In this document: positions 60,481 through 64,000 of the stretch, piece by piece
Layout of the letters: every line of letters starts with the position of its first letter
Position numbering within the stretch: position 1 is the stretch's first letter
Program-made: the position numbers and the translations under genes
NCBI RefSeq assembly: GCF_009914755.1
Contig: NC_060935.1
DNA length: 64,000 bases
Reading direction: 5' to 3' (one strand)
DNA from: the human T2T-CHM13v2.0 reference genome, Homo sapiens
The notes under the pieces: generated by a model
The model's input: the letters and a program-made list of their open reading frames with translations, nothing else
What the model was told of the DNA's origin: nothing
The model's database searches: none

Positions 60481-60825
60481 CCTTTCAAACCCTGAACAGG
60501 AATATGGAGAAAAGATGGGTACATGTTGCTCTAGCCAATAGAATCACAAGAATATATACTTGTGGAGTTTTCTGTAGATATATAGAGTCTATTCATATCC
60601 AAAACTTTTCTTTTAGAATTTGTTTTTGGGAATACACCTGTTAGGAAAATAAAAAATGTAATCATTTCCTTTCTGCTCTTCACTTTTTCAGTTCCTCAGG
60701 GTAAAATGAATATGACAATTCGGTATTCATATTCTCATTTTGTGACCCAGTCAAAGCTGGAAAGGGTAAACTCAGTATTCAGTTATACCCACAAGAGTGG
60801 TACAGGATAATAACTAAACTCTAGA

Positions 60826-61072
60826 TAATAATAACAAAAAATAATATAGAAAATGTATTGAGTTCTTACTATCAGGCAAGCATAGTTTCAACTGTTTTCT
60901 GTATATTACTTTATTTGATCTTTACAACAATCTATGAGGGAATTCCTGTTGTTATCCTCAATCTAAAGTCAAGGAAGCTAAATCACAGAGCTATTCCTCT
61001 CTTGCTCAAAGGCACAGAGATATTACGATGTGGAATCTAGATTTGAATTCATGCCATCTGACTTTGGAACCT
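60826..61072 (-). mobile_element. MIR SINE, near full length
   Basis: ATAATAATAAC..TATTGAG..CTTACTAT..CAACAATCTATGAGG..TTGCTCAAAGGCACA..GATTTGAA..TCTGACT. Confidence 0.85.
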
Positions 61073-61269
61073 CTATTGCAAACAGATTTACTGACAGAGC
61101 TAATCTCACCCAAAAATTTCATTCAGTAAAATGCGTGGCCAAGATGGAGGAGGAGGATATATGCATCGTAGCCAAGCGTGGAGCTTTTATTCCCAGGAAC
61201 TGAGCGATGATGGCGGTACTGTAAGAATACAAGATGTTGGCAAGTTTTCATTCAAAGGCACTCTGCTTT

Positions 61270-61550
61270 TTTTTTCTCCTTTATGTTTATTACATGTATT
61301 ATAGTTATTGGTTTTATAAATTTTTAGAATAATTTTGTTTGTTTAATGTTCCTCTACTAATATTTTACCAACTGGTAAAATCTTACCAATTTACCAATTG
61401 GTAAAATCCTCCACCAATACTCCCAGATTGTAAATTCCACAAGTCAGGTATCATTTGTGGTTTATTCATGGCCATATCACCTGTTCCTAACCCATCGTAG
61501 GCATTCATTAAAAAGTTATTGAAAAAATATCAGTGAAGGTTGAATGAGAA
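61270..61550 (+). mobile_element. L2 3' end
   Basis: AGATTGTAAATTCCA..TTTATTCA..GTAGGCATTCATTAAAAGTTATTGAA. Confidence 0.6.
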
Positions 61551-61899
61551 AACTTGGAAAAAAGAATGTTAGAGGTTGCTGAAAGAATGCGAGGGATTAT
61601 GTGTACAAGGAGTCTGGTCCAGACCCCATCAGAGCATCACTCAATATTTCTATTTCACTGAGCCTCTGAATTCTGAGCCTAAAATTTAGATCAAACCTAC
61701 TCTGCTATTTCTTTAAGTGACAGCTCTTGGGGTGATGAATAAAAACAGTTTCTGAATCCTGAGTATGATTTACCAAATGGTCTATCTTAGAAGACACCTT
61801 TCCATGACAGAAGTGTGGAAATTGTTAGGATCTGAAGCAAAACCACAAAAAGAGAGTAGAGAGGTTTTTGTTTTGTTTTGTTTTGTTTTACTAAAAGTA

Positions 61900-63150
61900 G
61901 GAGTTTAAAAGAGCATAGGAAAATATTGGAATATCAAAGACAGAAGTGAGTTCAAGTAACTGAGACTAAAGATGAAATTCCTCTGGGAGGGAGTTGATCA
62001 TTTAAAGGGTACTTTAGATAGAGAAAAATGTTTCCTAGGGTGTGCCAACATTGAGGAGACAAAGAACTAGAAAAGGAGATAAAAAGTTTCCAGTGAAATA
62101 GGGATAAAGACATAAGGTTGTGGTATCTTGGAATTACATAAAGACAATATTCAAAGGAAAAAGAAATAACTGTGTCATACACTCCTAATAGGTTTAATGT
62201 AGCAAAAAATGGTCCTTAAACTTAGCAATATCTTGGTAATTTTTATCTTTAAAGAGAGACATTGTGGAATGATATAAGCAAGAGATCTTATAAAAGTTCA
62301 AGGGAAGAAGGGGGGATAATAATTGAATACTTTTACCATATACAGCACTTCTAAGGAGTCTTGTTGTAATAAAAATCAGGTGAGAGAAATGATAAGGTCA
62401 TGATAATTTTATTTAAAAGAGAACTTTTTATATAGTTATGAGAACATTCTAACAAGCATACAAAAAATTGATGCTGAAAGAGAGACAGAAGGAATCATCT
62501 GGAGAGATGTCCTTGAACAGTGAAGATGGAATGGAATTCAACATACACAAATACAGGGATTGGCCTTTAAGAGATGTACAGACATCATTCATGTGACTCA
62601 GCTCATATTAATGAAACAAGGCTGAGTGTATGCGTGTACAGGCAGATGGTGGGAGCATGTGAGGGACTGTCTCTTCTGATTGCCTCTATTTTCTTAATAA
62701 AATAGAAAGCAGCACCATCAAGAAGGTCAGAAAGGTATGGGTTTGAGGAGAGAGGCTAAGATGTTAATTATCCATCCTGTATTATGGGAGAGTAAATGGA
62801 CCAGGAAAATGAAGTAGTGTTTCTTGGAATCTCACAAAGCCCACTGGAAGTCAGTTATCACACATTGAGTTCTTTCAGCATGATACTGTATTCTTTGGCT
62901 ACAGAGTGTGTCGACAGTTGGACTTAAATTAGCAGGGGAGAGAGTTAGCCTGGGAAAAAAAACAGTCCAGGGTGAAGAGCAGTGTGCCTGAAGGTGCATT
63001 GAAGGAATTGAGTAAGGTTACGAATTATGAACTTTAACCTGGAAATGGAGGGAGTTGAGGAAATGAGAGCAGGGTGAAAGAGAGTGAAAGAGTGTTAGGA
63101 TCAGTAGATTGTAGGTCTTGAAGTAGTTGAGATGCCAAACAGAAAGAGAT
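61900..63150 (-). mobile_element. Long degraded L2 fragment
   Basis: CTTCTAAGGAGTCTTG, GATGGAATGGAATTCA, GGGAGCATGTGAGG..TCTTCTGATTGCCTCTATTTTCT, GGTTTGAGGAGAGAGG. Confidence 0.65.
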
Positions 63151-63157
63151 GAAATTA

Positions 63158-63539
63158 TGTATTAGTCTGTCTCCACCCTGCTATAGAGAACGTCTCCAAA
63201 CTGAGTGATTATAAGGGAGAGATTTAATTGACTCACAGCTCCATGTGGCTAGCGTGGCCTCAGGAAACTTACAATCATGATGGAAGGCAAAGGGGAGGCA
63301 GGCACCTTCTTCACAAGGTGGCAGTAGAGAGAATTGACTGAAGGTGGATCTTGACAAACACTTATAAAACCATCAGCTCTCATGAGAACTCACTATCACA
63401 AGAACAGCACGGGGGAAACTGCCCCCCTGACTCATTTACCTCCGTTTGGTTTCTGCCTTCACACCTGGGGATTATGAGGATTACGGAGATTATAATTCAA
63501 GATGGGATTTGGGTGGGGACACAAAGTCTAACCATATTA
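63158..63539 (-). mobile_element. THE1D-like MaLR solo LTR
   Basis: TGTATTAGTC start, GGCCTCAGGAAACTTACAATCATG, CTTCTTCACAAGGTGGCAG, GATTTGGGTGGGGACACA..AACCATAT end; flanks AATTA / AATAA. Confidence 0.92.
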
Positions 63540-64000
63540 AATAATATAAGATGTACAGAAAAACACACTTAAATGTAGCAAGGGGATGCAGCTATATTCC
63601 ACCCTCAACAGATTTCTGCATTTGTTAATTTAATTTAGTCTCACAAAGTTGAGCGTTAGATAAAGTCCTATCAATGAAACAACATTTCCCACTTATTTAT
63701 GCTAATATATTTTCAGAGATGAGAATCCTCAGAACTAAGACTGAGGAGTGGGGAAACTCTGAGGATATGTCATAGAAAAGGGCTGGGCAGCTAAGAGGGC
63801 ACCAAGTTGGAGAGTTAAAAATATCCCTGAGAGAGGAGGAGACCCCACAATACTGTAAATCAGTTGCACTAAGACCATACAACTGATGAAAGCCACTTTC
63901 TAAGGACTGGGCTTATTTGTCAAATAGAATGGAAATGGTAATGCAGGGGGTTCCAGACCATGTCCAGATCTTGAAAAGGCCTCTTCATCCCTTATGTCTG

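Overview
AT-rich, CpG-poor, repeat-dense primate (hominoid-type) genomic DNA. It carries AluY/AluS/AluJ, L1PA2 to L1PA16, L1M, L2, MIR, MaLR LTRs (MST, MLT1, THE1) and hAT fossils (MER3, MER58A, MER113). I found no supportable host protein-coding exon, RNA gene or CpG island. The ORFs I can assign are decayed L1 ORF1/ORF2 pieces or Alu read-through, and the rest look like chance frames in AT-rich DNA. I found no novel gene system. The noteworthy structure is mutational: (i) three short direct duplications copied from 1.9-2.4 kb away, one next to an Alu insertion; (ii) a 14-kb three-layer nested L1 with a probable 3' transduction and an exact 113-bp 5'UTR array; (iii) a twin-primed L1PA7 lying tail-to-tail with a young L1PA2-like element; (iv) two young L1s sharing unusual diagnostic bases; (v) small hairpin insertions flanked by direct repeats; (vi) a TGACA/SOX motif cluster that may be an enhancer. 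Subfamily names come from remembered consensus sequences, and the boundaries of old repeats are approximate.
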